From contig CAVXLD010000003.1 in NCBI GenBank assembly GCA_963762565.1, positions 64,001 through 128,000 of the forward strand: a DNA stretch of 64,000 nucleotides, given 5' to 3'. The stretch comes from an uncultured Verrucomicrobiae bacterium (lineage in GTDB: Bacteria > Verrucomicrobiota > Verrucomicrobiia > Chthoniobacterales > JAFAMB01). Positions within the stretch are counted from its first letter, which is position 1, and the number at the start of each line of letters is the position of its first letter. Position numbers and translations under genes: made by a program. Below the pieces are notes generated by a model. That model ran no database searches, was not told where the DNA came from, and was given only the letters and a program-made list of their open reading frames with translations. This document shows positions 1-10,600 of the stretch, piece by piece.

Positions 1-1
1 G

Positions 2-829
2 ATCATCGAGCGCGGACCGCGGCTCATTCCAAACTCTGAACCGTTTGCCAGCGCTATCCTGCAGAGCGCCTTTGAGCGACGGGGCGTAACGGTTTTGACC
101 GGAACAACCGTTCTTCGCGTTGAAGGGAATGTAGATGGGGATGTGGAGCTCTCCTTGGATAGTGGCAAAACCATTGTCGCCGATGAGATACTTGTGGCTA
201 CGGGACGCCGGCCGAAGACTGACAATCTCGGGCTTGAGACGGTGGGCCTTGAACCTGGCTCGTGGCTAGAGGTGGATGATAGCATGCGCGTTCAGGCAGT
301 CGCTGGAGGTTGGTTGTACGCTGCCGGAGACGTCAACCATCGCGCATTGCTCACCCACATGGGAAAATATCAGGCTCGGATCTGTGGCGACGCGATTGTG
401 GCGCGCGCTGCGGGCAAGCTGAATGATTCTAACCCCGCGCCCTGGTCACGCCACGCGGCGACTGCCGACACCGTAGCTGTGCCCCAAGTCATCTTCACTG
501 AACCGGAGGTTACCATTGTCGGACTAACCGAACAGCAAGCACGAGCTCGCGGCATGACCGTGCGTGCCGTCGACTACGAGATCGGCCGGGTCACCGGCGC
601 GTCGCTTTACGCCGATGCCTACACCGGTCAGGCACGAATGGTTGTAGACACGGACCGCAACGTGATCGTTGGCATGACGTTAGTAGGGCCATCGGTGGCT
701 GAACTGCTCCACGCGGCAACCATCGCGATTGTCGGAGCCGTCCCCCTTGATCGACTTTGGCATGCCGTGCCAGCTTATCCCACGATTAGTGAGATTTGGC
801 TGCGGTTGCTGGAGACGTTTGGACTGTGA
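2..829 (+). CDS. Pyridine nucleotide-disulfide oxidoreductase (dihydrolipoamide dehydrogenase/mercuric reductase-like), 5'-truncated by window edge
   Basis: Frame open from base 2 (IIERGPRLIP...). Motifs ATGRRP, YAAGDVN and PQVIFTEPE, plus a C-terminal dimerisation domain ending PAYPTISE. Confidence 0.85.
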   Translation: MIERGPRLIPNSEPFASAILQSAFERRGVTVLTGTTVLRVEGNVDGDVELSLDSGKTIVADEILVATGRRPKTDNLGLETVGLEPGSWLEVDDSMRVQAVAGGWLYAAGDVNHRALLTHMGKYQARICGDAIVARAAGKLNDSNPAPWSRHAATADTVAVPQVIFTEPEVTIVGLTEQQARARGMTVRAVDYEIGRVTGASLYADAYTGQARMVVDTDRNVIVGMTLVGPSVAELLHAATIAIVGAVPLDRLWHAVPAYPTISEIWLRLLETFGL

Positions 830-855
830 GCAATGCTCTCGACACCTTACCAGGA

Positions 856-1045
856 CTTCGTTCTCGTCCTCGTCGTCGTCCTTCCGACTTCGCCAACGTC
901 CGGTTGTGGAGCGCGCCTCGCTTGCGAGGCCGACTTCGAGCGGTCGGCAACATAGAGCCCGGGCTACGGCGGACAGGCTGTCCTCGAATCCTGGCGAACG
1001 GAGTATTGGAGTAATGGAGTGTCGGAGTAATGCGCCAAGTCTGAA
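856..1045 (+). repeat. Intergenic repeat family A, copy with internal hairpin insert
   Basis: CTTCGTTCTCGTCCTCGTCGTCGTCCT...GTCCTCGAATCC...GGAGTATTGGAGTAATGGAGT; near-identical copies at 11608, 29466 and 30375. Confidence 0.9.
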
Positions 1046-1174
1046 TCGTGCCCGCTCTGATGATTGAAATGGGGACAGGTCATCTGCTCATGGAAAATTG
1101 ATGCGAAGAATACTTCAAGAGATCGACCTCTTTTATCAAAAGTTAGACAAGAAAGGATAGTCACTAAGCTCGTC

Positions 1175-2197
1175 ATGAATACGAAAATGAAAGTCGCTCA
1201 GATTGGCAAGCCAGGCGGGGATTTTGAGTTGGTGGAACGCGATATTCCCGAACCGGGTCCGGGCCAGGTGCGCGTAAAGGTAGAGGCTTGTGGGGTCTGC
1301 CACAGCGATATCTTTGTAAAAGAAGGACAGTGGCCCGGCCTGCAATATCCACGTGTCCCGGGCCACGAAATCGCCGGCCAGCTTGACGCTCTTGGACAGG
1401 GAGTCTCGACCTGGAAAATAGGCGATCGAGTGGGCGTCGGCTGGCACGGTGGCCATGATTTCGTATGCGATGAATGTCGACGCGGAGATTTCGCGATGTG
1501 CGTTAATCGAAAGGTGACAGGTATCGACTACGACGGGGGTTACGCCGAATACGTCGTCGTACCCGCAGAAACACTCGCAACGATTCCCGACCAATTACCG
1601 GCGGAAGAAGCCGGACCATTCATGTGCGCGGGTGTGACGGTCTTCAACGCTCTGCGCAACTCGGGCGCACGTCCCGGTGACGTCGTCGCGGTGCAAGGAA
1701 TCGGCGGTCTCGGGCATCTCGGTGTGCAGTACGCCCGCAAAATGGGATTTAAAACCGTTGCGCTCGGACGTGGCAAAGACATAGAACCGCTTGCGATAAA
1801 GCTCGGCGCACATCATTACATCGATTCGTCTGCCGTCGATACGGTGGCTGAACTGCAGAAGCTTGGCGGCGCGCGAGTGATTTTGGGAACGGCGCCAAGC
1901 GCGAAGGCAATCTCTGACGTAGTCGGTGGACTGGGTATAAATGGCAATCTCCTAATTCCGGCCGCGCCCAACGATCCGCTCACCGTTGGCATGTTTCCGT
2001 TGATAATGGGCCGCCGGCAAATCGCGGGCTGGTATGCCGGCACCGCCCGCGACTCTCAGGACACATTGGAATTCAGCGCACTGAGCGACGTACATCCCAT
2101 GATCGAGAAATTCCCTTTTAGCCGCGTGGCCGACGCTTACGAACACATGAAAGGCGGTAAGGTGCGCTTTCGCGCTGTTCTTATGATGGAGAGCTGA
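1175..2197 (+). CDS. Zinc-dependent alcohol dehydrogenase (MDR family)
   Basis: GVCHSD, GHE, CDECRRGDFAMC structural Zn site and GIGGLG. Start more likely at ATG 1175 or 1187 than 1064. Confidence 0.92.
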   Translation: MNTKMKVAQIGKPGGDFELVERDIPEPGPGQVRVKVEACGVCHSDIFVKEGQWPGLQYPRVPGHEIAGQLDALGQGVSTWKIGDRVGVGWHGGHDFVCDECRRGDFAMCVNRKVTGIDYDGGYAEYVVVPAETLATIPDQLPAEEAGPFMCAGVTVFNALRNSGARPGDVVAVQGIGGLGHLGVQYARKMGFKTVALGRGKDIEPLAIKLGAHHYIDSSAVDTVAELQKLGGARVILGTAPSAKAISDVVGGLGINGNLLIPAAPNDPLTVGMFPLIMGRRQIAGWYAGTARDSQDTLEFSALSDVHPMIEKFPFSRVADAYEHMKGGKVRFRAVLMMES

Positions 2198-2572
2198 GCC
2201 CAGGCAATCCGGCGCCTCGAGGAGCGGTTTTTCAGTTCGACAAGAAAGTTAACAAAACCTTGCCCAAGTGCTGCTCGCATGGGCGGTGCAAGGCGGCACG
2301 GCCCTTCTAACCACATCCAAAACTCCCAGTCGCATCAAGGAGAACTTTGATATCTCCGCGCTCCTGAAGCCATCGAAGAAGTAATCAAGGCGGCAAAGCA
2401 GAGCATCGCTAGCTTGCCGGCTGAAGAACTCGAAAAACTGTAGTCAATAGGCCATTCGCAAAGAACGCCAGCCAAGGATCGATCGACTCTTACTAACTAG
2501 AGCAATTTGTTATGAAGGAATTGCTCATTTAGCCGGGAAGTAAGCACCCAATCGGGACTGAGGCCGAGGCCA

Positions 2573-3406
2573 TCAAGTTGGGCAGTTAGAAATCGGTCTG
2601 TCAACGTACGGTGGCGGCTGAGATCCGGAATTCACTAATTCATTGGAAATCTGCATTTCGGTTAGAATCGCGTTGCCAAAAATCGTCGCAAACGACGTGT
2701 CTGCCGCGTCCCTCCCTTGCCCGATCCTGATAAAGCTCGACTGGGGCGACAGTCGAGTCGGATCCGCGAGAATCCAACGTCCGCCGAGAAACGCCTCAAA
2801 ATGAGCATGAAAGTCCGGCGGATTAAGTCCATACGCGTAAGCACTCACAAAACGCGCCGGGATTCCAAGCGCGCGACAAAGGGCGATTCCTAGATGGGCG
2901 AAGTCACGGCACACCCCCGCTCTTTGGGTGGCAGTATCAAAAGCGGACGTACTCGAGTTGGTCGTACCCTGCAGATATTCGACGTACTCATAGATCCAGT
3001 TGCAGATTCGGGTTAGTCGCTCAAAACCGGACTCGATGTTGGTAAACTCGCGCGTCGCGAAACGAGCGAGCAGGTCCGATTGGCAGAACCGACTCGGGTA
3101 CAGAAATAGGAGCGCTTCTAAGGGAAGTTCGTGCAACGGAGCGACATCCAGCCCTTTGTCTTCCAGCAATTCAGGTTCGATGGAAACCACCGCATTGTAA
3201 GCGAGTTCGAGGCGACCGTTCGTTACAGCGACGCGATGCAAGCGCTGCTCGCCGTTCAGTAGCTCCTTTGGTGCTCCCGTCCCTGTTACCCGGAGATCCT
3301 CTGTGATGACCCTTTGGAACGAATTGCGGACCGCCGTCACATTGAAAAGAAACGAGGCCGCACCGATAACCTGGTAGCCCAGACGGCAGGCAATTTGAAA
3401 TTCCAT
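2573..3406 (-). CDS. Transglutaminase-like family protein
   Basis: GVCRDFAH, DFHAHFE and WILADPT (Cys-His-Asp triad). Confidence 0.9.
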   Translation of the reverse strand: MEFQIACRLGYQVIGAASFLFNVTAVRNSFQRVITEDLRVTGTGAPKELLNGEQRLHRVAVTNGRLELAYNAVVSIEPELLEDKGLDVAPLHELPLEALLFLYPSRFCQSDLLARFATREFTNIESGFERLTRICNWIYEYVEYLQGTTNSSTSAFDTATQRAGVCRDFAHLGIALCRALGIPARFVSAYAYGLNPPDFHAHFEAFLGGRWILADPTRLSPQSSFIRIGQGRDAADTSFATIFGNAILTEMQISNELVNSGSQPPPYVDRPISNCPT

Positions 3407-3543
3407 GATTTACTAAGATTGAGAGCTCTCCTTTTGGGGAGGTAGTGACCTCGGCGCGTAGGACCCGCGTAAAGGTGCTTCTGTCAGGGTAAGGCTAGGC
3501 CGAGTCTCGATCGGCGGCTTCACCCTCTTTCTTTTCGTGACCC

Positions 3544-3712
3544 ATGGCGGTATCCCCTGAGGACCGCACTATCAACCCGGACTTGGAGCGAATCATGGGC
3601 CAAGCGCATGAACGCGCAGACCATTGAGATCAAGGCTGGCCATCTCTCACTGATCTCGCACCCACGCGAGGTCGCTGATCTCATTCTCAAGGCCGGCGAA
3701 TCTGGAAGATAA
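3544..3712 (+). pseudogene. C-terminal fragment of an alpha/beta hydrolase, frameshifted
   Basis: Manual translation AVSPEDRTINPDLERIM / +1 nt / AKRMNAQTIEIKAGHLSLISHPREVADLILKA; the rest of the gene is absent. Confidence 0.7.
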
Positions 3713-3725
3713 AAATAGAAGCTCC

Positions 3726-4619
3726 CTAAGTCGATCTCTGGTCGCGCCCTCTGTAGGATAACTCCTTCTCCGCTCTCAGCCAGTCATCGCGTTCGTCGCC
3801 CGGCGTCTCACCCCGCTCTAAATAAAGTTCAAAGGCTCGACGCGCGATTTGTTCATGCGTAGGCGCTGGAGCATTCGCGTCGCCCGGGTCGATTCCTATG
3901 TTTTCCTCGACGGTAGATCCCTCAATGGCGAGGGGTCTGGGCGTGTCTGCAATGACGGTGCCATGCTCTTCTATCGGGCGAGTTTCATCTCCTTCCCCAG
4001 CAATCGGGGCGCCGCCGGTTTTCCCCATCCCCGATGCTATCGCTTCCGTAATGATGGCTGCCGGCGGTATCTCTCGGTCTTGAAATGAGGGCTTCTGCTC
4101 AGCCGGTTGTTCGACACTTGAGGTGTGCGCCCCTACCAGGTTCGGTTCGGTCGAGCCGGGGGTCTCGAATGCCTCAATCGGGCCCCTCCTCGTGCCGGTC
4201 TCGCTTCCTCCGTTTTCCATGAATTCTCGGAATCGGTTAAGGTCACTCTCAACTTCGCTAAAAGGAATGCCCAGCACATCCGCAGCCTTCTCGACAAATC
4301 CCTCCGGCTCATATTCCATCGTCAACGTGACCCGGGTTCGCGAAACCTCTAGCGCCTCAAAAGTGACCGCGCCCCTATTTGGCGTTCCGCCTACACTTTG
4401 CCATGCGATTCTTTCGTTGGGAACCTGCTCAGAAATTTCTGCTTCCCATTGCTTTTCTATGCCGCCAATCTTCGCTTTCCAAAAGAGCTGATTTGGTCGC
4501 ACTTCCCTGACTTCGTCTACACCCTCCATGAAGCGGGGGAACTCTTCAAAGTGGGTCCATTGATCATAGACCCTTTGTAGCGGTGCGTTTACTTCTATCG
4601 AGTGCGTGATTGTTCCCAT
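3726..4619 (-). CDS. SRPBCC/polyketide cyclase domain protein with C-terminal DUF2934-like module
   Basis: N-terminal SIEVNAPLQRVYDQWTHFEEFPRFMEGV; C-terminal HEQIARRAFELYLERG...DDWLRAEKEL. Confidence 0.8.
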   Translation of the reverse strand: MGTITHSIEVNAPLQRVYDQWTHFEEFPRFMEGVDEVREVRPNQLFWKAKIGGIEKQWEAEISEQVPNERIAWQSVGGTPNRGAVTFEALEVSRTRVTLTMEYEPEGFVEKAADVLGIPFSEVESDLNRFREFMENGGSETGTRRGPIEAFETPGSTEPNLVGAHTSSVEQPAEQKPSFQDREIPPAAIITEAIASGMGKTGGAPIAGEGDETRPIEEHGTVIADTPRPLAIEGSTVEENIGIDPGDANAPAPTHEQIARRAFELYLERGETPGDERDDWLRAEKELSYRGRDQRST

Positions 4620-4903
4620 AATTTTTAAGAGTTTGCAACTTTTGCTGTGATTATGATTCGTGCACAGCCTCAGCGATGGTCTGGCTTCTAAGGCATTCTT
4701 TTGCCAACTTGGTCCCGGCGCTCACTAAGTTTTGGGACCAGCTGTTTCAACCGGAGAAGCGAATCCTAACGTGCAGGGACCCGATTTAACCTAACAGCTC
4801 GAGCGAAGCGTCGCTGCCCTGGGACGTAGTTTAAGTCCGCCGCTTCGGGGAGAAGCGAAAAGGTTAGAGGCGAAAGCGAAACATTGATGATGGGGAAAAT
4901 CGG

Positions 4904-6118
4904 ATGGACCGGATGGAAACTCGGCAATCGAATCAGTCCGACTTCAAACGCAGTGAGCCGGCCGACAAGGAAACGAAGGCGGGTTTCGGGGCTGACGGAG
5001 ATCAGGATCACCAGGAGAAAAGCCCAAAATCGCGACGCGAAACGCGACGAATGTCGATCAAGTGGATTATCCTCGCTGTCCTTGTTCTGCTGGTCGCCAG
5101 TTATTTTGGGAATCGCTATTGGCAGTATGCGAGCACCCACGAATCCGCTGAGGACGCTTACACGACCAATCACATCCATCAGGTCAGCCCCAGGATCAAT
5201 GGCACCGTGCAGCGTGTCCTGGTTGACGACAATGTTCGAGTCAAGGCGGGACAGATTCTGGTCGAACTGGACCCGCGCGATTATGAGGTTAGCCTGAGAC
5301 AAGCTGAAGCAAATCTCAATTCGGCGGAGGCGGCCGTTGCGCAAGGGGAAGCTCAGCTACAGGTAGCGAAGGCAAACGTAGGTCAGACCCAAGGCAGTCT
5401 TGCAAGCGCACAAGCTAACGCCGACAACGCGAATGCCGACCAGAACCGGAATGCCGAACTACTGAAAAACCATGTGATTTCACCTCAGGATATGGATCAT
5501 GCGAATCAGGCCGCCCGCACCAGCAACGCCTCTTTAGATGCCGCAAAAAAGCAAGTCACTGGAGCGGAGGCACAGGTTGCCTTGGCCGACGCTCAGATCA
5601 AGGCTGCGCGCGCTCAGGTCCGGCAGGCGCAGGAAGAGGTCAATCAGGCATCACTTAATCTCTCCTATACAAAAATCGTGTCACCGACTAACGGTCGCGT
5701 CGCACAACGTACGGTCGAGAGCGGCAATCGAGTCCAACCGGGACAGGCTCTCATGGCCATCTCGGAATCTGATGTCTGGGTGGTCGCAAATCTCAAAGAA
5801 ACTCAAATGGAAAAAGTCCGCGTGGGCCAGCCGGTTGCGATTAGAATCGATGCCTTCCCGCACCAAGAATTCAGGGGTTGGGTGGATAGCGTCCAACCAG
5901 GAAGTGGAGCGACCTATGCTCTGCTGCCGCCGGACAATGCTACAGGAAACTTCATTAAAATTGTGCAGCGCGTTCCGGTGAAGATTGTCTTTGATCCAGC
6001 CAGCTTGGGTGAGTTTTCCGGGAGCATTGTTCCGGGACTATCTTGCGAGCCCTCCATCGCGTTGACGGAGCCGTCCCGCCCAATGCCCGAGGAAAAGCAG
6101 CCAGACATGAATCACTGA
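4904..6118 (+). CDS. HlyD/EmrA-family membrane fusion protein
   Basis: N-terminal TM segment, lipoyl-like motif VKAGQILVELD, coiled coil and LLPPDNATGNFIKIVQRVPV. Confidence 0.93.
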   Translation: MDRMETRQSNQSDFKRSEPADKETKAGFGADGDQDHQEKSPKSRRETRRMSIKWIILAVLVLLVASYFGNRYWQYASTHESAEDAYTTNHIHQVSPRINGTVQRVLVDDNVRVKAGQILVELDPRDYEVSLRQAEANLNSAEAAVAQGEAQLQVAKANVGQTQGSLASAQANADNANADQNRNAELLKNHVISPQDMDHANQAARTSNASLDAAKKQVTGAEAQVALADAQIKAARAQVRQAQEEVNQASLNLSYTKIVSPTNGRVAQRTVESGNRVQPGQALMAISESDVWVVANLKETQMEKVRVGQPVAIRIDAFPHQEFRGWVDSVQPGSGATYALLPPDNATGNFIKIVQRVPVKIVFDPASLGEFSGSIVPGLSCEPSIALTEPSRPMPEEKQPDMNH

Positions 6119-6204
6119 ATGCACCATGGTCGGCACCAAGGAGAAATTTGGCTGGTAAACCTGGACAGCGATTTTCGGTCCAAGCCAGGGGCTATTGATC
6201 GCGT

Positions 6205-7806
6205 TTGTGTCGGATCTTCTGTACCGAATTAACTCGCAAAATTGCCGTGCCGGATCCATCAGACCAAAGGGTAACTATTCGTACTTGGATCGCCGTTCTG
6301 GGCTCCATGCTAGGAGCCTTTATGGCAGTTCTCGATATCCAAATCACTAACGCCTCGTTGCGCGAAATTACTGGAGGTATTGCTGCGACATCAGTTGAAG
6401 CCTCATGGATTTCGACAAGTTACCTGATTGGAGAGATCGTTACCATACCGTTGACAGCGTGGTTAGCGCGAGTTTTCGGTTTACGCTGGTATCTGCTCGG
6501 CAACGTCGCACTTTTCCTGGTGTTCTCAGGACTCTGTGGCACCGCGACAGAGTTGACTCAGATGGTGATCTTTCGGGCGCTGCAAGGATTTACTGGGGGC
6601 GTGATGATTCCCGTTTCATTCACGGTGGCTAACACAATGTTGCCTCCGAATAAACGTCCGCTCGGCTTGGCGCTCTTTGGAATAACAGCGACGCTGGCGC
6701 CGGCGGTGGGTCCCTATATTGGTGGCCTACTGACGGATAATTTCGGATGGCAGATGGTATTTTATATTAATTTCCTTCCAGGCGCCGTGATGCTCGTCGC
6801 GATTGTCTATTCGATTGACGCGCAACCGCTCAATCTTAAGCTACTGCGACAGGGCGATTGGATTGGAATCGTCTGCATGGCCATTGGTCTCGGTTCCTTC
6901 ATTGCTTTTTTAGAAGAGGGCCAAAATCAAGACTGGTTTGGCAGTATCTTCATCCAACATTGCTTTGAACTGGCCGCGATTTTCATACCGCTCTTCCTGA
7001 TCATCGAGTTCGTTGTCAAAAGACCGGTTGTAAATCTTCGGTTGTTTCGCGATCGAAATCTGGCTTTTGCTAGTATCGTTAATTTCGTAATGGGAGCCGG
7101 GCTTTACGGTTCCGTTTTTCTGCTACCCCAGTACCTGGAACAAGTTCAGCAATACAGCGCTCGCCAAACCGGGGAGTACATGGTTTTAATCGGTCTACCG
7201 CAACTGCTAATCTTTCCATTTGTTCCGCGTCTGATGAAAATGATCGACTTAAGACTTATCGTTTTTTTCGGCGCCGCCATCTTTGGTGCAAGCTGCTTTC
7301 TTAACACTCACATGGCGCCTCAATTTGGTGGACCGCAATTCCAACTGGCTAACGTGATCAGAGCTTTAGGGCAGCCGTTTACAATCGTGCCTCTCTCTGC
7401 GATCGCAACGGCCGCCTTGGCGAGGGAGCAACAGGGTGATGGCTCTGCGCTTTTCAATATCGCTCGCAACCTTGGCGGAAGCGTCGGTACGGCCCTCCTA
7501 AGCACCATGATCACTCAGCGGGAGCAGTTTCACGATTTTCGGATCGGTGAACGGGTGACGATTTACAGCCTGGAGGTTCAGCGATTTCTCAACTCTCAGG
7601 CAGCACAGTTCACGAGGCAGGGCGGTGACCCTGTCTTAGCGATGAAGCGCGTTTACAAAACCCTGCAGAGCTCGGTACAGCTATCTTCTTTTGTCATGGC
7701 TTTCAGCGAATGTTTTTTAGTAGTGGGAATCGTCCTTCTCGCAGGATCGATGACAATTTGGTTGTGCCGGAAAACGAAATCAGCGGGCGAGGCACCAGCC
7801 GCGTAG
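6205..7806 (+). CDS. DHA2 (EmrB/QacA) MFS efflux permease
   Basis: GAFMAVLDIQITN, WISTSYLIGE and FRALQG motifs; many TM segments; follows the EmrA-like gene. Confidence 0.93.
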   Translation: MCRIFCTELTRKIAVPDPSDQRVTIRTWIAVLGSMLGAFMAVLDIQITNASLREITGGIAATSVEASWISTSYLIGEIVTIPLTAWLARVFGLRWYLLGNVALFLVFSGLCGTATELTQMVIFRALQGFTGGVMIPVSFTVANTMLPPNKRPLGLALFGITATLAPAVGPYIGGLLTDNFGWQMVFYINFLPGAVMLVAIVYSIDAQPLNLKLLRQGDWIGIVCMAIGLGSFIAFLEEGQNQDWFGSIFIQHCFELAAIFIPLFLIIEFVVKRPVVNLRLFRDRNLAFASIVNFVMGAGLYGSVFLLPQYLEQVQQYSARQTGEYMVLIGLPQLLIFPFVPRLMKMIDLRLIVFFGAAIFGASCFLNTHMAPQFGGPQFQLANVIRALGQPFTIVPLSAIATAALAREQQGDGSALFNIARNLGGSVGTALLSTMITQREQFHDFRIGERVTIYSLEVQRFLNSQAAQFTRQGGDPVLAMKRVYKTLQSSVQLSSFVMAFSECFLVVGIVLLAGSMTIWLCRKTKSAGEAPAA

Positions 7807-8417
7807 GCGGAGCCAAATCAATTAACGCGTGGACCATTCGATGGTCCGACGCGACATGGCCGGGTTATTTGGTGGACTCTCTGTTTGGTAATGCGCGAAT
7901 TCACCAAACAACGGAGATCAACCTTTCCCATTCTCGCTAAATCTCGTTAATTCCCGGTTGATCGCATTGTTCACTGCGTTTTCGATGCCGTGTGAAGGGG
8001 AACCGACCAACTCAATCTTTTTGTACACCGGTTTCGCCTCTGCCGTCATGACCCCCGGTGTCGGCTTGCCCTAAACTGGCGCCCTCGGGGTGCGCATCAA
8101 CAATTGCTGGGTTGAAACGATCTGAACGATTAATTCGAAATAGGGAAAACCACATAAGCGCTGCGGATCGAACCTTTTTGGCCTGCGTCGCTGGGCAGCA
8201 GTGCCGGCCCGCAAAAGCGAACAACGGGGTCAGCGGGAGGCGATTCTCGCTGACCTCCGTATCACGTACGACAGCTTGAAAAGCCCGGTCCGCGCCGGTT
8301 CCACTCAATCTTCTCGACCTTTCCATCGCATCGGGTGCTCTGGCTCCAGTCGGGAACCGTAGAATTGCTTTCCGCGTCTAGATTACGACCTGCCGTCCTA
8401 TCAAAACGACGCTTGTC

Positions 8418-10067
8418 CTAAATCTGCGTCTTCTGCCGCAACCGAAGCCAACTGAACCCAAACGCTGGTAATTCTAAGCTGATCTCCGCCTTCTTTATTT
8501 TCTCATTCGGGCGCTCATCAAAGAGGTGAATGAAATGATCAAACGTTTTCTCCCAAAGCTTGATAACAACTTTAACCGAAGCGCCGGTTAGGTTATGGGC
8601 GGCGATGACCGCGTTCCCGTTTTCATCCTGACAACTGTGGGCAAAAATTTTAGTCGGTTCAGTCGTTTCCAGGACACGATAGGTTCCAGTACTGAATTCC
8701 GGGTATTCTTTACGGGTTCTAATCATCCGCTCTAAATAGTTCAATAGCGACTTGGGATCGCGCCGCTGAGCTTGCACATTAACTTTTCGATAGCTGAATG
8801 CGCCTTTGTCAATCACCGGACGGACGAGGCTCGCTGGATCTGCTGTGGAAAAGCCCGCATTCATGTCCGCTGTCCATTGCATTGGTGTCCGAACACTATT
8901 TCGTTCTGCTTGATTGAGATCTTCACCCATGCCGATCTCCTCGCCGTACCAAAGAATTGGCGTCCCCGGGACAGTGAAGATCAAACTATAAAGCAGTAGC
9001 TGCAGATCGAGGCGCCCACCGAGCATTGGCGCCAACCGGCGCCGAATGCCTCGTTGATAAATTTGCATGGTTGGCTTCGGACCAAAAGCGCGAAAACAAA
9101 TTTCGCGTTCCGACTGGCTCAAACGGCTAAGGTCCAGTTCATCATGATTTCTTACGAAATAAGCCCAGTGACTCAGGATCGGTATCTGAGGTAATTGGCG
9201 AAGAGCACGCTCGATCGGTTCCGGTGATTGCTCGGCGATAGCTAGAAAAAGATGGGGATTGACGAAGAAATTAATCACCATCGTCATTCGTTGACCCCGC
9301 TCGCCGAAATAGTTCAAAATCTGATCGGGAGCGACGTTCGCTTCTGCCACCAAAATTGCATCGCCGGTCTTCCAGCGAAGGAACTCGCGAAATTCTTCCA
9401 AGTAATCAAACGACTCATGTGGCTGCTTCTCCGCATCCGGTCCCTTGTACGCTATCACGAAAGGCGCAGCGTCCACGCGGAAGCCGGAGACGCCCAACGC
9501 CAGCCAAAAACCCATGACCTTCTTGATTTCGTCGCGCACCGTCGGGTTCCCTGTATTGAGATCGGGTTGATACGAATAAAACCGATGGAAATAGTAAGCC
9601 TTCGCCAGCTTGTCAAATTTCCAGACACCGGATTCCTTGCCCGGGAACGCAGCTTGGGCCGATGTATCGCCTGGGTCATCCTTTCGCCAAACATAGTAAC
9701 CGTAGTATTTAGGATCGTTACGACGAGCGGCTTGAAACCAAGGATGTTGGTCGGAGGTGTGGTTGACCACCAGATCGATGATCACGCGAATGCCGCGATC
9801 ATTCGCTTCACACATGAAAGCGGCGAAATCGCCAAGATCGCCCAAATGTGGATGAACCGACAGATAGTCGGTGATGTCGTATCCATTATCCCGATCCGGC
9901 GAGTTGTAGAATGGAAGTAACCAGATGCAGGTTACGCCCAAGCCAGCTAAATAACTTAACGCCTGTCGCAACCCAATAAAATCTCCGATACCATCGCCGT
10001 TGCCGTCGCGAAACGTGTCAACGTCGACGCAATAAATAACCGCATTTTTAAACCATCGATTCTCCAT
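8418..10067 (-). CDS. GH13 alpha-amylase family, trehalose synthase-like
   Basis: DGNGDGIGDF, DLVVNHTS, GFRVDA (nucleophile), VAEAN and RNHDEL. Confidence 0.9.
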   Translation of the reverse strand: MENRWFKNAVIYCVDVDTFRDGNGDGIGDFIGLRQALSYLAGLGVTCIWLLPFYNSPDRDNGYDITDYLSVHPHLGDLGDFAAFMCEANDRGIRVIIDLVVNHTSDQHPWFQAARRNDPKYYGYYVWRKDDPGDTSAQAAFPGKESGVWKFDKLAKAYYFHRFYSYQPDLNTGNPTVRDEIKKVMGFWLALGVSGFRVDAAPFVIAYKGPDAEKQPHESFDYLEEFREFLRWKTGDAILVAEANVAPDQILNYFGERGQRMTMVINFFVNPHLFLAIAEQSPEPIERALRQLPQIPILSHWAYFVRNHDELDLSRLSQSEREICFRAFGPKPTMQIYQRGIRRRLAPMLGGRLDLQLLLYSLIFTVPGTPILWYGEEIGMGEDLNQAERNSVRTPMQWTADMNAGFSTADPASLVRPVIDKGAFSYRKVNVQAQRRDPKSLLNYLERMIRTRKEYPEFSTGTYRVLETTEPTKIFAHSCQDENGNAVIAAHNLTGASVKVVIKLWEKTFDHFIHLFDERPNEKIKKAEISLELPAFGFSWLRLRQKTQI

Positions 10068-10103
10068 GGAGACTCCTTTTGCGGATGAATTTCTAGCTGG
10101 TTT

Positions 10104-10225
10104 TTACCCCGAGGTAAGAAACATTCCGATGGTAGCGAGCGCCATGATAGCGGCCGCCGCCCAGCCAACCGCTCTTAAGTATACCGGAAGATGCAGCTTT
10201 TCGATGACCTTCGGTTGATTGGTTT
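10104..10225 (-). pseudogene. C-terminal remnant of a membrane transporter (NRAMP/MntH-like tail)
   Basis: TNQPKVIEKLHLPVYLRAVGWAAAAIMALATIGMF resembles the last TM of NRAMP-family proteins; upstream part missing. Confidence 0.4.
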
Positions 10226-10370
10226 TTTCGGATGCGGCAGAGACTGTAGCCATGCGTTTCGAGGCCATGGCTATGGTCCCGGGGTTTCGCTTGCGCCGCC
10301 GCGACTGTTCCATAAAATGGAAGTTCGCATTCCGGGCATGCAACGGATTTATCATAGGTTCCACCGTTAG

Positions 10371-10490
10371 ATTGACCTTGATCCCAGTCGACTCTAACTC
10401 AATCGCATGGCGAGCGGCATAGCGTTGAGAGCCGTCTTGGACGCAGGGTAGAAGGGGGCCGAACATCGAGCGCCAGGGGAAGGCCGGGCC
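10371..10490 (-). pseudogene. Degenerate SDR fragment paralogous to the SDR at 54179
   Basis: Across frames: PAFPWRSMFGP / YPASKTALNAM / AIELESTGIKVN, matching PAYPYRSIFGPVYPASKTALNSMTVAMAIELESTGIKVN of 54179..54937. Confidence 0.75.
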
Positions 10491-10600
10491 GTTAGAGATA
10501 TTCTGCAAGACAGCTGATCTGTCATCATGACGTTCACTTCGAGCGGGGATTTGACAAAGCTGGTATCGTCAGGGAGCCTGTTCGCCTGATTCACTCATCC

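Noticed and set aside
729..1067. Recurrent small ORFs containing WSAPRLRGR / ERASLARPTSSG
   Set aside because: Reading frames through repeat A in several frames with variable ends.
4740..4880. Possible riboswitch upstream of the EmrA-like gene
   Set aside because: No recognisable aptamer consensus by eye; an Rfam search would be needed.
9252..9920. Long antisense ORFs (e.g. 9252..9920, 54161..54856, 4766..5344)
   Set aside because: Shadows of well-supported genes on the opposite strand.
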